Below, in pieces: positions 1-12,659 of a DNA stretch of 64,000 nucleotides. Origin of the DNA: Phoronis australis. Taxonomy: Eukaryota; Animalia; Phoronida. Below the pieces are notes generated by a model. That model searched no databases. It saw nothing but the letters and a program-made list of their open reading frames with translations, and had not been told where the DNA came from. A program made the position numbers and the translations under genes. The number at the start of each line of letters is the position of its first letter. Position 1 is the stretch's first letter. Location: NCBI GenBank assembly GCA_002633005.1, contig NMRA01000028.1, positions 1,201,556 to 1,265,555 on the forward strand, read 5' to 3'.

Positions 1-269
1 AATTCCAAGTTCGCGCATATGCGATCTTGAGATTAAGCATGATTCCAAGTTCACGCACAGCAGCTCCCACCTAGCGACACGCAGGAAAACCAGCGAGCCC
101 TGAAGGAAGCTAATGAAACAACAGATGGCAGCACAAACTTATCTCCGAGTGGCGTGATGCCGGTGGCACGAGTCGGTTTCTGAAGCCAATGTTTAGTTGA
201 TGATAACTGCACGAGTCATCTCACGTAGGCACTTCTCTGAACACAGGACCTTCAGCTCACCATTCAACA

Positions 270-348
270 ATGGAGGACGTCTTCAAAATATTGGCACCAA
301 ATAACAGGTGCTACGAAGAACTGTTTGTGAAGAATAATTTTAATGACG
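270..348 (+). CDS. MPDU1: MPDU1-like PQ-loop protein, coding exon 1 (MEDVFKILAPNNRCYEELFVKNNFND)
   Basis: ATG at 270 in context ACAATGG; CYEELFV matches MPDU1 CYDQLFV; donor G|GTGAGT at 349, phase 1. Confidence 0.85.
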
Positions 349-748
349 GTGAGTTGTAACGAGACTGTCGAGAGGTTCATTGCCTGCTTCACACTCACAG
401 TCACAGTGAGTTATCGGCAGTTACCATCAGAGGTCATTGGACAGGGGGGAACGAGACGGGTGGAGACATGGCTGAAATTGGAAGTATTGGGGAGAGTACG
501 AGATGAGGCTTCTCAAAGCAAGACTCGTCTATTTTGTGTGAGTGAGACACTCTTCAACCACCTACCCAATCACCAATGTAGCTCTTCCCTATACTCGGTG
601 GAGTGAACGACCAATGAATCCTCAGGGCTTTACCTAGATATTACTTGTTTCGAGAGGACAATTCAACCAAAAAAATTTCTCAACTGTAGACTTTTTCCTG
701 TGTTCAGGTTGTGAAGTTCCACCTCTACGTTGAAGGCTCTAAAGTCAT

Positions 749-878
749 TTGGCACTGGTCGGATATAGTGGTCCCTGATTTTGAGAACCATGCAGGCAGT
801 CACTGAATAATGGGCCCATTGTTCAGCGGATGAAAATGGTTCTCAAAATCACAGACTGCTATATCCAACCAATACCAA
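749..878. repeat. Imperfect ~130-bp palindrome (foldback MITE-like) in MPDU1 intron 1
   Basis: ttggcactggtcggatatagtggtccctgattttgagaaccat is inverted with atggttctcaaaatcacagactgctatatccaaccaataccaa; central ctgaataatgggcccattgttcag palindrome. Confidence 0.75.
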
Positions 879-998
879 GCCATTTTCCAATTGCTTAACC
901 TTTTCGTTCCTCATTTAAACAGTAGTACTAGCAACTGATGATTGTTTGGATTATTACTTATAGCAAAGACTGTTAATTTGTTGTGTATTGTTTTGCAG

Positions 999-1064
999 GA
1001 TTGTGTATACACATGGCACTTGGTAACTGTTGGCAGTACAGTGTAAAGGCTGCTTTAGTGTTGG
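999..1064 (+). CDS. MPDU1: MPDU1-like exon 2 (GLCIHMALGNCWQYSVKAALVL)
   Basis: ttttgcag acceptor, G|GTAGGT donor, 66 nt phase 1-1, open frame joining exons 1 and 3; same length as human MPDU1 exon 2 as recalled. Confidence 0.8.
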
Positions 1065-2661
1065 GTAGGTCATAGCCAGCCAGCTAGCTGTATGAAGACT
1101 TATCGTCAAAATACAGCTTGGTACCACTGTGTGTATTTCTTCCGTAGACCCTGAAATTGCACATAGCCAGGGTAGTTCTGCTCGTCACCTCACCGTGAAA
1201 CTTGTATCAACATGTAAAGCTAAAGACCAGATGGGGTGCATGCAAAATCTGAGAATCAACCGACACTCACCTTGCCCGTTACAGCCGTTTAAGTGAAAAA
1301 CAATGCAATAAACGTCATTTTCTTGCATAACTCTCCGCCTTTTCTAACAATGAAAAGTATGTCATCATTTTGAAACCAGTACTCTCATGTCACGCGCACG
1401 TGCCATTTCCTAAACTTTTGCGACAACTTCCCAGCAGGCAAAATTTGTTCTGCAATTCGGTTTTTCGGTATCGAAATTCTAAAAACTTATAATGAAGTGA
1501 AACCAGTTCCAATAATTTGTTGTGACGTGTACGCAAGCTCATGAAAGAACAATAGTTGATTGAAGAATCAGCGAAAAAAACTGGCCAATTGGTGATGCAA
1601 TATTTCATGGCGCTGAAAGCCGTCGCCAAAGATCGCTCCACAACTTTAGCAATAACAGACGAACACCAATTATTTCAACACCGTTAAATAATTTAGTTTA
1701 CTCAAGGAAGACAGTAGTTTTTAATGACACTGATTTTCTGTCAGATTTTATCTTACCACTTTTTTACCCACATCGGTGCAAAGCTGTATATTTAGTATAC
1801 AGCTTTGTACCAAGGCTAGGAAGGTCACAGTCATGGGTGAGCATGTGGAGAATTATGAGGATGATTTGTCTGCTGCTAACTTGTACTGTAAACATTTGGT
1901 TGAGTACTTAGGGCTCTTCATTGGCATTTCTGGTGTGTCTAATGATACTTTTTCTTCTGGTGGGTTATTGTGTGTTGATGGTGTGTTCCATGGTTGCACT
2001 TGATTTTTGCCAGGTCGACTGGCTAAAACATCTGATTGGTTTAAAAGCTGCACATCGTCATCAAGAGCCAATCAAACCAGTTGAGCTGAAGGAACTGGCA
2101 AAGTCAATCAAGTGCTGCCAATGTTTTATGGCTCTGTCGCTTTCTGATATGCCACGCCTGAACATCATTTCACTTTATGTTGCGCTGCCTTTAGACTGTA
2201 GATGGCGTTAATGTGTTTTGATTTATGATAATAAAAAGAATCACCACAGTGACACTCATGTATTTGAGTCAGTAGTTATAACCTATGTGTAGTAATTGAT
2301 GAGGCAGTTTTGGCTGACTTGCCATGTGACATCATTAAAAGCTTGTTTGAATCTATTCATGTGCCTTTTGTAAAAGAAGTTAAAAATGTCTAAAATTGAT
2401 GCAGGCGGGCACTGTTTTCTTTCTAGAGTGAGGCGCAGATTTCAAAATGAGTTGGCGTGCAAACCACTGCAAAGTAAACCTATACGTAATTGTTTCTAAA
2501 ATTATAATGTCCTGCTTGTAATAAGAGGTAAAGTGCTTCTTTGAATACTACGGTTTTATTTTCTGCCAGAACGATGAGCAATTTGAATCATTCTTGAAAC
2601 CACACTACCTACGTCATTATCATACTTCCAACTCTGATATTCAAAATTCTTCTATTTCTAG

Positions 2662-2797
2662 TGTTTGTCCCACAGATTCTCCGACTGCTGTGGACGAGAA
2701 GTAGCCAGTGTCTTAGCTTCCCCGCTGTTTTACTGGAGACAGTTACCTTAACCTCCGCTTTTGTAGTCCAGTACAGAGGGGGTCAGGCACCATCCAG
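2662..2797 (+). CDS. MPDU1: MPDU1-like exon 3 with first PQ motif (VFVPQILRLLWTRSSQCLSFPAVLLETVTLTSAFVVQYRGGQAPS)
   Basis: tctatttctag acceptor, AG|GTAACA donor; aligns to MPDU1 [26 protein letters not shown]. Confidence 0.88.
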
Positions 2798-3764
2798 GTA
2801 ACACAATAACACACTGTCCAGGTAACACAATAACACCCCGTCCAGGTAATACAATAACGTACCGTCTAGGTAACACAATAACACAACGTCCATGTAACGC
2901 AATAACACACCGTCCAGGTAATGCAATAACAAACCGTCCAGCTAACGCAATAACTCACCGACCAGGTAACACAATAACTCACCTTCCAGGTAACACAATA
3001 ACTCTAACACACTGTCTAGGTAACACAATAACACCGTCTAGGTAATACAACACACTGTCCAGGTAACACAATAACACCGTCTAGGTAATACAATCACACC
3101 GTCCAGGTAACACAATAACCCACCTTCCAGGTAACACAATAACACTGTCCAGGTAACACAGTAACGCACCATCCAGGTAACACAATAACACATGGTTCAG
3201 GTAACACAATGACACACTGTCCAGGTAACACAGTAACGCACCATCCAGGTAACACAATAACACACTGTCCAGATAACACAATGGCACACTGTCCAGGTAA
3301 CATAATAACACACCGTCCAGGTAACACAATAGCACACTGTCCAGGTAATACAGTAACGTACCGTCTAGGTAACACAATAACACAACGTCCAGTTAGCACA
3401 ATAAAAATACCGTCCAGGTAAAGCAATTAATAGCANTGTCCAGGTAACATAATAACACAACATCCAGGTAACACAATAACCCACCATCCAGGTAACACAA
3501 TAACACCCCGTCCAGGTAATACAATAACGTACCGTCTAGGTAACACAATAACACAATGTCCATGTAACGCAATATAACACACCGTCCAGGTAGCACAATA
3601 AAAATACCGTCCAGGTAAAGCAATTAATAGCACACTGTCCAGGTAACAATAACACAGTGTCCAAGTAACACAATAACACAACATCCAGGTAACACAATGA
3701 CACAACATCCAGGTAACACAATGACACAACATCCAGGTAACACAATAACACACCGTCCAGGTAA
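2788..3764 (+). repeat. ~24-bp minisatellite, ~40 copies (cacactgtccaggtaacacaataa), starting at the exon 3 splice donor
   Basis: Directly visible tandem array; explains the repetitive ORFs 3081-3753. Confidence 0.95.
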
Positions 3765-4555
3765 AAATAACTTACTTTGAAATGGTCAAAATCAAGATGA
3801 TCTGAAGAGTTGCCATGTCACCATCTTGTGGTGTTCAAGTGACCAGTAGCTGCCAATATAGCATTAACGACTAGTGCATTTTGAGAATGTTCTGTTCTCA
3901 GGGTTCAGGGTACCCTCGGCAATGTGCGGCATTACTTTTCATTGATGATTGCCTCTTGATTCTTCACTTGAAATTCTGTCTTACATCATTTCAAGTTCAA
4001 GGGGAAAGCAGCTGCTGTTCATATTACCTTGTTATTTTGTAGAAACATTTTCCATGTCAATTGGTGTTTCCCCGACATGTTTTTACTATTCATGGAGCAA
4101 TTGGCATTGATGTAAACAGCCCAACAAAAGGCCCCTATCTTGGTTATGCATTCAGTTCCATTGAGCAGACAGTGTTTGACTCTCTGTTAAACAGCGCCAA
4201 TCGTTTTTGTTCAGTGAAAGTGAATGATAAACCATGAAGCGGACATTTTGCTGGGTCATTTCAATCACTTTCAATTGCTGCGTGGAGCGCAAGTACACTC
4301 CAAAGAAACAAAAGTTTTAAACATGAAAATATATCTTTCCAAAGTAACCAGGGTTCTGTAATTTCACTAAAGGTATCAGAAAAGCAGTTTCTTTCCCCTT
4401 AAGATTGAGCTTACGAAGATCACTCGTGTGTTTGTAGTCTGTCAGTCAATGCAAGATTCAAACATGGGTCTCACACATGAGAATCCCCAGCCCGAACCGT
4501 TAATGCTACACTGTCTTTAGTCTGTATTACTTCTACCTCTCTCTTATTGTTCCAG

Positions 4556-4760
4556 CGACTACCGTGACAGCATGCTGCTCGTGGTTCAAAGCGCTGCTAT
4601 GTTATTTCTGGTGTTAGCCTGTCGTGGCAATATTCTTGGAGCTCTTGTAACTGTCGGTGCCTATAGCCTGGCTCTGTCATTCCTTACATCCACTGCTGTT
4701 GTGCCACCTATTGTCAACCAAGTGAACCAAGTAGGCATGTTCATTGTAATAGGTAGCAGG
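4556..4760 (+). CDS. MPDU1: MPDU1-like exon 4 (DYRDSMLLVVQSAAMLFLVLACRG...VIGSR)
   Basis: ttgttccag acceptor, AGG|GTAAGT donor, 205 nt phase 2-0; hydrophobic TM segments; overlaps ORF 4572..4799. Confidence 0.88.
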
Positions 4761-5668
4761 GTAAGTAATTCCATGATGGGTATTCAACTAGGTTGGTGAT
4801 TAAGTATGACCACAAAACTAATTGATTATTTCTATTATATGAGTCCTTTTTTGAGTAAAGCTATTCATCCATGTTTTTTTGAATAATAGTTTTGAAGGTA
4901 ATTGTCAACCTATGTGAAGTCCATTCAGGTTTCAGCAAATTAGTTTTTGTCTGTCCAATTTTTAACCATAAAATTAATGATTTTCTGAATCCTCGATATT
5001 GAGCAAGTTGGTAAAATGTATGGTAAATTGTACTATATAAAACTACAATTGGTTGTTTTCACCCAACTTGTGCATCTAGACATAGGTAGTTCAATTAAAG
5101 CTCAGATCTTTAATAACGCATAGTTCTTAATGTGGTTTATGCTTCTAGCTCTTACAAGTGAGTGTGGATCACAATCCAATTTGTGTAAATTCCACTGTTT
5201 TGGTGTAGAACTTTGACAAAACAAGGCTCTGTAGCCTTCATTTTCTGTTTGCCAAAACAAGCTGCATAAGAAGATAAAAGCAGGTGAATATAGATGATCA
5301 AGTTTGAGGTATTACACCAAACTCATTGTCCGAAAGTGTGAACCTGCCTTGACAGCTTGATAAAACTAACAATTATTACTTGAAATGTGACATGGTTTTT
5401 TCTTCAAAGTTTTAAATTTATTCTTCAACAATATACACTTATAATTTAAAGGGTAAACAAGGAAAAGGGGACAGGGCTGTCACTCTCTCTCACACACACT
5501 CACTCATTCACACACTTCATCGTTTAATAACACTAAACAATTTATGAATTTAATATACAACAGATTCATTGCATGGCTCTCACATTCTAAATTTAATGTT
5601 GTCCGGTTCTTTTTGTTTTTGAAAATTAAATATTGTAATTTTAACATATTTCATCCTGAATAACTTAA

Positions 5669-6060
5669 AGCCTAACTTCAACGGAATTTTGTTACTTTAG
5701 ATGTATTAGGCTAACCAGATAGTCCTAGCAAAGACTTAGTAAAATAAGAAAACGAGAGTTCAATCACGCAAGTGTAAGCCCGTCAAATGATAACTGAAGC
5801 TTCCTTATCGTGCCATGTTGCGTCATCGCGAGATCTCAGTACTAACAACAAAAGGTTGTATTGAATAGGGGTGTGAATAGAACACCATTGCGTGCGGGTT
5901 TTGAATTAAAAGGTGATTCTTGCGGTGACGTAGACAAAAGCAAGTTAATACGCCTAACAGTTCATTACATTTGGCAATTTATGGCACTATTGGGCTAAAA
6001 GCGATGCTCTTAACATACTGTAGGAGCCAAATTTACATGTGTTGCCATTGAAGATGGGCT
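5669..6060 (+). mobile_element. Non-autonomous TIR element with TTAA TSD (Kolobok-like), copy 1
   Basis: TTAA-AGCCTAACTTCAA...TTGAAGATGGGCT-TTAA; homologous to 8002-8415 and 14682-15101. Confidence 0.85.
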
Positions 6061-6848
6061 TTAAAGGCATGCCAATCTGGATGCAGCTGCTGTTGGTTAC
6101 GTAAATAAATAAAACATTGGGTGACAGTGATTACATAATTAATCAACAGTCAGGAGAACTCAAATGGTAAAACAGTCTTGGTTATTTTGACATCTTCCTT
6201 CTTTGGGTTCTTAACTCACATGTTTTCAAGTTTGGGAGATCCTACTGCGAACTACCTTGGTGGACGGGGCCCTTAATAAAATTCAAATTTTCCAAGCAGT
6301 GATGGAATCAAAATGAAATATCATTAAGGGTATGTAGGTCCCTATAAAATATCCAATTGTGGACAACTTTGGAACATTGTATCTCAAATTTGGCTGATTG
6401 GATTCACATGAAACACCATGGTTTACATGCTCTTCTCCAAAACTCTTTGGAATTGTTTTTTAATTTTCCTTGTTGCATGAGGGGTTATCAAAAATAGAAT
6501 TTCGTTGATTTTTATCAAGTTGCATAAAATGAAAATGAAACAATTTAGAAAACTAACAATGTTTTTGAGATTATATCTTGAACATTTCTGTCGTACAAAA
6601 TTTAATCATGTTATTGATCCTATTGTCGTTTGAATGAGCCTTTCTTTTTATTAAAATTTTCCTAAAAAGCATGGTCATGCGACCCAAGTAGTCGTGGTAG
6701 ATTGGCATAAAGTCAAAAATGAAATTTTTGCAAAATTTCTATTTTCACAAACTGTATACTTTTGATGTCAAAATCCAGTTTTGTAGATATTTGGCCTGTA
6801 CATGTACATGTACATAACCTCAACAACTCTCCTCTTGTTCATTTCCAG

Positions 6849-7091
6849 TTGATCCAGACTCTGGTCTGTTTCAAGGACAGAAGTGCTGGTCAGATGTCTT
6901 CGCTGACGTGGATGATACTTCTGTACAAAGCCACTTCGGGACTTTTCTCAATAGTTCAAGTCAAACCCCTGGACGACATCGCTATGGTGGCGCTCATCAC
7001 TCAAAGTGCCTTCAACGGCATGATTCTGTCACAAGTCTTATTCTCCAATATGTATTACAGTCATGGCCAACAAAAATGGAAATCTTCATGA
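6849..7091 (+). CDS. MPDU1: MPDU1-like last exon (LIQTLVCFKDRSAGQMSSLT...NGMILSQVLF...KSS*)
   Basis: atttccag acceptor; GQMSSLT and NGMILSQVLF match MPDU1 GQLSAIT and NGLIAAQLLF; total CDS 729 nt = 242 aa plus stop. Confidence 0.88.
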   Translation: MIQTLVCFKDRSAGQMSSLTWMILLYKATSGLFSIVQVKPLDDIAMVALITQSAFNGMILSQVLFSNMYYSHGQQKWKSS

Positions 7092-7268
7092 GACAAAACA
7101 GCTAGGGTATCTTTGTAATTTATTACCTCTGTCAAGAATGACAACATCTCACCAATATAGGTCACGAAATTATAGTGAACATGTGAAATGTTGCGTTCTT
7201 GACAAATCATATTTAATTATTGTCAAATTTATGATTTACCATTATCAAGTTTTGTACATCATATTTTG

Positions 7269-7274
7269 AATAAA
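7269..7274 (+). promoter_or_regulatory. Candidate polyadenylation signal of the MPDU1-like gene
   Basis: First AATAAA ~180 nt after the stop codon. Confidence 0.4.
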
Positions 7275-8001
7275 TGTAGACGTTCACAAAGATGTTGCAG
7301 AATTACCTTGAAAGTTGAAAAATGTTATTTTCGGCAATTTTTGCCTGAACTTAGTGAGTGTCATTTTGTATTTCTGGTTGGTTGTTCCTGTGCCCGGCAG
7401 TCTTCAACCAGTTACACCAATAACATGTGGAATGATTTTACAAACTCCACGGGAGGCATAAAATGCCGTTGTGTGCAAATTAAAACTCATGAATGTGCAA
7501 CATTATCCAGTTAGTTTAAGGTTGTGCATATATGCCGCATACTCCACGTGGATTTTCAATGCTCAATATGCATCCCTTGATACACTAAGTGCATTTCAAT
7601 AATGCTTCAAATCTTGCTCGTCAAGTGTCTAACTTACAGACACCACTTGTGTGTTCACTTGGATAAGTGTCTAACCTGCAGGCAGCACTCATGCGTTCTC
7701 TTGGATCACTTGTGTGTTCACTTGGATCATTCATTTAGGTTAGTACACAGTGGCACACTTAAAACTTTTCAAAATTCAACCGTTTCTTAGTTTTTTTATG
7801 CCTGGTCGAACTATTGTCCTCTCTCTTATTTTTAAGATTCTTAATTTCAAACATGTCATCTGTGTTATCCTGGGTGAATGTGGTGCATTCAGGTGTGATC
7901 ATAGCATTAGGAGTTATGTGGTTTAGTTTGGCTTTTTTATGGATAAATTTGATTCAAAGAGTTGTGGCGGGACTTGTTCTGCACAAACAACAAACATTTA
8001 A

Positions 8002-8415
8002 AGCCTAACTTCAACGGAATTTTGTTACTATAGATGTATTAGGCTAGCCAGATAGTCCTAGCAAAGCCTTAGTAAAATAAGAAAACGAGAGTTCAATCAC
8101 GCAAATGTAGGCCCGTCAAATGATAAGTGAAGCTGCCTTTTCGCGCCATGTTGGGTCAACGCGAGATCCCAGCACAAACAACAAAAGGTTGCATTGAATA
8201 GGGGTCTGAATAGAACACAATTGCATGCGGGTGTTATTCGCAACTGTTTGAATTAAAAGGTGATTCTCGCAGTGACGTGGACAAAAGCAAGCCAATGCGC
8301 CTTACAATTAGTTACATTTGACAATTTATAGCACTAGTGGGCTCAGAGGGATGCTCCTAACATACTGTAGGAACCAAATTTTCAGGTGTTACCGTGTTAC
8401 TGTTGAAGATAGGCT
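8002..8415 (+). mobile_element. TTAA-TSD MITE, copy 2
   Basis: TTAA-AGCCTAACTTCAAC...GTTGAAGATAGGCT-TTAA. Confidence 0.88.
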
Positions 8416-9143
8416 TTAAGCTCTCTTGAATCTGAAGAGAACCATAACTTCTCCAAGAATGCAAACACAGAACATTCAGTTTTTGAGCTACGTGAAACCT
8501 TTGGAGGTGAAACCAATAATTTAATGTACTAATTCTTCTCATGGAACAATGGGGAAGTTGAAATGCAGGTCATTTTTGTGAAAACTGCATTTATATGAAT
8601 GTAAGGGTGTCTATAATATGGTGTCAGATTTGATTATAAAAAATCTCATCTGTAGGGAAAGTGAGAATTGTTTTGTAGTTTATTATGTCTTGAAATATTT
8701 TAAAACTTTAAATTGTGAGAGAGATTTCTCATGAAATTCACATGATGGTGACTTAATGCTCATTACAAAATGATGAAATTAATACTTTTCTTGTATAATG
8801 AAGTTTTATTGTCCAGTCTGAATTTGATATTCACAGACACGTCAGTACATATGTGTAAAGCAGTGTGAAGATTGCTACTTGGAAGATTGCATTTAGGATA
8901 CATGTACCACTAATTAAAATGTTGATCTTCTAAAAATATCTTAAGTACCTTGTCCCTGACTATCCATAAACGAATACATTTTCTAGGAATCGAGACAAAT
9001 CTAATTATGTCATTCACAACACTACCATTGTCATGGTTACGGGACCATGTGTTTTTGGAAAAATGTCGTTTTTGAAAAGTACATTCATAGGGAAAAAGTA
9101 TTTTCGCCAGCATTCACCAAATTTGCTGTACTAAAACTTCAAT

Positions 9144-10234
9144 AACAAGAGCAACGCAGAGCGTTGAAATGCGCCCACAATTACACCGCATACGGTATCC
9201 TTCTAGGGTTGTTTATTGGTACCATAAAGTGGCCAGTAGAGGGCATATATGTAGTATGTTGTACTTTGGCAAAATGGAAAGGCATGGTCATTGTCTCCTC
9301 AATAGGCTAGGGGCAAAATGTGAGTAATCTTCATAATACAAGCACATCCTATACACCAGTTGCTTAAAGCACCACAGAAACATAGAATTAAAAACAAATT
9401 TACCAACATACGAGATTAGCACAGCATTAGAATGCCAGAAACAAATTTCTACTTGGAACTTTTCCTTCACAGTCACGAAGTAACACAAAGTATACACCTG
9501 AAGACCTATGAAAATACAGAGGTCAATGTAAAATACTAAAATTGCCACTAGAGGCAAATACTAAAATTGCCACTAGAGGCATACCGGTAATCAGAATCAT
9601 CCTAAAGTCGTCATCGTCCGTTGTCAACATCACATAAATACACTTGCTAAATTTAGTAAAGATCCTGCAAACGGTTTGGGAGATACAGCCATGGGCGCAA
9701 AAAAACAAAACTGCCACTAGGAGGCGCCACAGTAGTCCAAATCGTCTGAAAATCATTGTCAGCTGTCTTCCTTATAGTAAGCACATACACGCCAATTTTC
9801 ACAATCATCCTTTGAGCGGTTTGGTTGATAGAGGGGTGGACGCAAAAATACAGACTCGAAAACAGTAAAAATGGCCACTAGGTGGCGCAAACTATGTCGA
9901 ATCCATCTGAAAACAGGAGGATAGCGTCATCTCACTAATAGGTGCCTACATACCAAATTTCATGAAAATCCGTTAAGGACTTTTGAAGATACAAAGGTAA
10001 GCGTAAAAAACTAAAATTGCCACCAGGGGGCACACCGGTAGTCGGATCCGTCCGAAAGTTCGCACATGCCATCCCATTCATAAATGGAACATATGTGCCA
10101 AATTTCATGAACGTATGTCAAAGGGTTTTGGAGATAGAGCAGCGGACGCCAGATGCCGGACGGACGCCGCCCGGACGGACGGACAGAGATGACGGCATAA
10201 TGCGTCCACATATAAATATGTGGGCGCATAAAAA
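9144..10234 (-). mobile_element. HINE (non-autonomous Helentron, DINE-1/pearl-like) copy 1 with internal ~150-bp repeats
   Basis: Minus strand: TTTT, subTIR ATGCGCCCAC, nearby IR GTGGACGCAT, (GTCC)n microsatellite, core repeats, 3' subTIR GTGGGCGCAT, hairpin CAACGC-TCT-GCGTTG, CTCTTGTT end. Confidence 0.85.
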
Positions 10235-10760
10235 TGCTCAAAAACCGTGTCGGGGATTTTCCATAGTTAGCACCAATGTTTTCAATGTTTTTTTTTCAGA
10301 AATAGGGGTAGAGATTAATAGAGAATGCTAACATGATGCTTGATCTAACCTAAAATATGTTGCCGACAAAAATGAGTTTTCAAGATGTCTCAGTGTGGCT
10401 AATGAATGTTTCCAAGCAACACTTGGAAATTTATACATTGAGATACAAATAGCAATTTTTGCAAAATTGAAACACCGTTCTGTTGAGTAATGGTAAGAAT
10501 GTTATCTGCTGCCAGTAGGACTTCGATTTTCTTTTTGTTTGCTGCCTTCAGATAAGCTGTTACAGATTTGCCTGTTTTCACTTCCAGTTAATTTTTTCAT
10601 TCATTTCATAATTATTCAACTTTCTTGGGTTTCCATTTTTCACCTCAATTCAAAAAAAAAAACTCTACAACTCATGTTTATATTTTTCTGCAATGTTGGC
10701 AAGAACTGCAGATATGAGGCAGTAGATTGAATCAACAGAGATTCAACAGTGCACACTTGA

Positions 10761-10871
10761 CTATGATAGTTCCATCATGATAGTTGACTCACAAAACTCT
10801 TCACCATAATAGTCCAGAATAGTCAAGTCTTTTTTCACTTTCACAATGTTTAGAACAAGCTCGTCAATGAT
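10761..10871 (-). CDS. F-box/LRR protein, last exon (IIDELVLNIVKVKKDLTILDYYGEEFCESTIMMELS*)
   Basis: atattccag acceptor, phase 0 compatible with the previous exon, TAG at 10763-10761. Confidence 0.75.
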   Translation of the reverse strand: MIDELVLNIVKVKKDLTILDYYGEEFCESTIMMELS

Positions 10872-11135
10872 CTGGAATATGAATAAATAACAATTACAAA
10901 TGACTATAACCAGATAATCTCTTACTGACATGTTCAGCCTTCCTTTTGTGGCACAAATTATTCAAAATTCCTTTTCATGATGGTCACCACTAAAATTACT
11001 TTTTGTACCATCTACTACAATAACTGCGAGTCTAAAAATTTGTCAAAGGTGGACTAAATCCAGGGCATCCTACCTGCAACAATGTTTGTTAAAAGCAACT
11101 GCAACCCCACATGGAAATTCCATTTAGCCTAGACT

Positions 11136-11151
11136 AGCGCCACCTGCTGGC
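11136..11151 (-). promoter_or_regulatory. CTCF-consensus motif GCCAGCAGGTGGCGCT
   Basis: Near-perfect match to the CCASYAGRKGGCR consensus; binding untested. Confidence 0.45.
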
Positions 11152-12659
11152 AAATGTAGCTGGCCTGAAAACTAGTCTAGTGAATGTTAATTGATGCATG
11201 CATAGGAGACTGGGTCTTTTAGAATTGTGCTCTGCCATTTTCAAACAAAATTGTCAAAATCCTTGACCAGCATGTGAAAGTGAAAATTTGAGCAGCAAAG
11301 TTTTCTTGACAAATCTCTTGTTTACTCTGTTTTCGCCAATGACAAATCATCAGAAAATTTGTCAAAATTACCTAAGATTTCAAAAGTCTGTAGTGTCAAA
11401 CCTGATCTACAAATTTTTTACAGAATTCCAGATTTAGGAACAGCGAGTACATCAAACTACATCAAGACCTGACATTCAAGTAAAGCCATTTGAGTATTCT
11501 TTGCCTGTTTTTCATTGCCATTACAAGAGCCGAATTTGAAATTCCAAATTCTTGCAGCCGAGAAGAGCTACATACTTCAAGTGATAGCTCAATAATTATA
11601 CAGTACAGGTCGAGAAGTTTTGTCCAACCAGTCGGCAAAAGTCTGCCATGAGTTGTTAGCTTGATTGGTATTTGAGCCAGAGACAACTGATTCAAATTAC
11701 ACACATATCCCCAGTCAGCAATAACACAGTCCGTACATGCTTATGACTTTCATCAAGTTGTTGTTTGTACCAAATCGCGTATTTACATCTTCACATTGAA
11801 TAATCAACATGCATATTGTCATAACAACACTGCTTGCTATGTCATGGTGCAGAAATATGGAGCTTCAAGGAATATGAACAGTTGGAAACTGCATCTCAAC
11901 TTTTGTAAACTGTTTATTGAACTAACTTAGCAGTAATGGAGAGATGTGGCAGATACATCCTGTACACTTAATATTTGTACCTTGTATAAAATACTGGTTC
12001 AAAGTACAGGGATGCTCAGTAATTGTGGGGTAAAGGCAACATATGATATGCTTTGACAACTATATTAACTCTTCAGCAAATCTTCTAGTAATTGGGCAAG
12101 TTTTTGTTACTGCTAATGTGTGGCTTTTCAGATGTTTGGATTTGTCAGGGTGTATTATTTTAGCGTGTCAGCGACAACTATCTACAAGGCTAGCAATCAG
12201 ATATCAAATGTAACTCAAAACTGTTTGATTACGCGAGGTATAAAGTATATTTTGTAGGGAATTATTCAGAACTACTTAATATCTTACGTGTATTTATTCA
12301 CACGCTGACTCGACTGCAGTGTTCAAACCATTCACTGCTTGTGGAAAGAGGTCGCTATACTTCAGTGGTCACTTTTGTCATCCTCGCACATTATTTAAAA
12401 TTTAATTTCTCATGAGAACATGATATCTCACCAGTCGGACAAAACTTAGTGACCTGTGTTTTATGTGTATGATTGTGTAAATGGTACATGAGACCTTTTA
12501 TCAAAACTAAAATTGAACATGAGATACATTTTCTCACACTTTTTTCAATCACTACTTTGAAAGACAAGTATTCTTTGTAAGTATGATACTAATTACTACT
12601 GGAATGGTGATTTGAGTAGAATAACCCTATATTTCAAACAAGTGTTGAGGGTTAAATAC

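Noticed and set aside
343-606. 87-aa ORF
   Set aside because: Starts at the end of MPDU1 exon 1 and runs through intron 1; no recognisable domain
2788-3764. CRISPR-like array or repeat-protein ORFs (LLCYLDG..., VIVLPG...)
   Set aside because: Head-to-tail minisatellite without unique spacers or cas genes; the ORFs are by-products of a 24-nt period inside an intron
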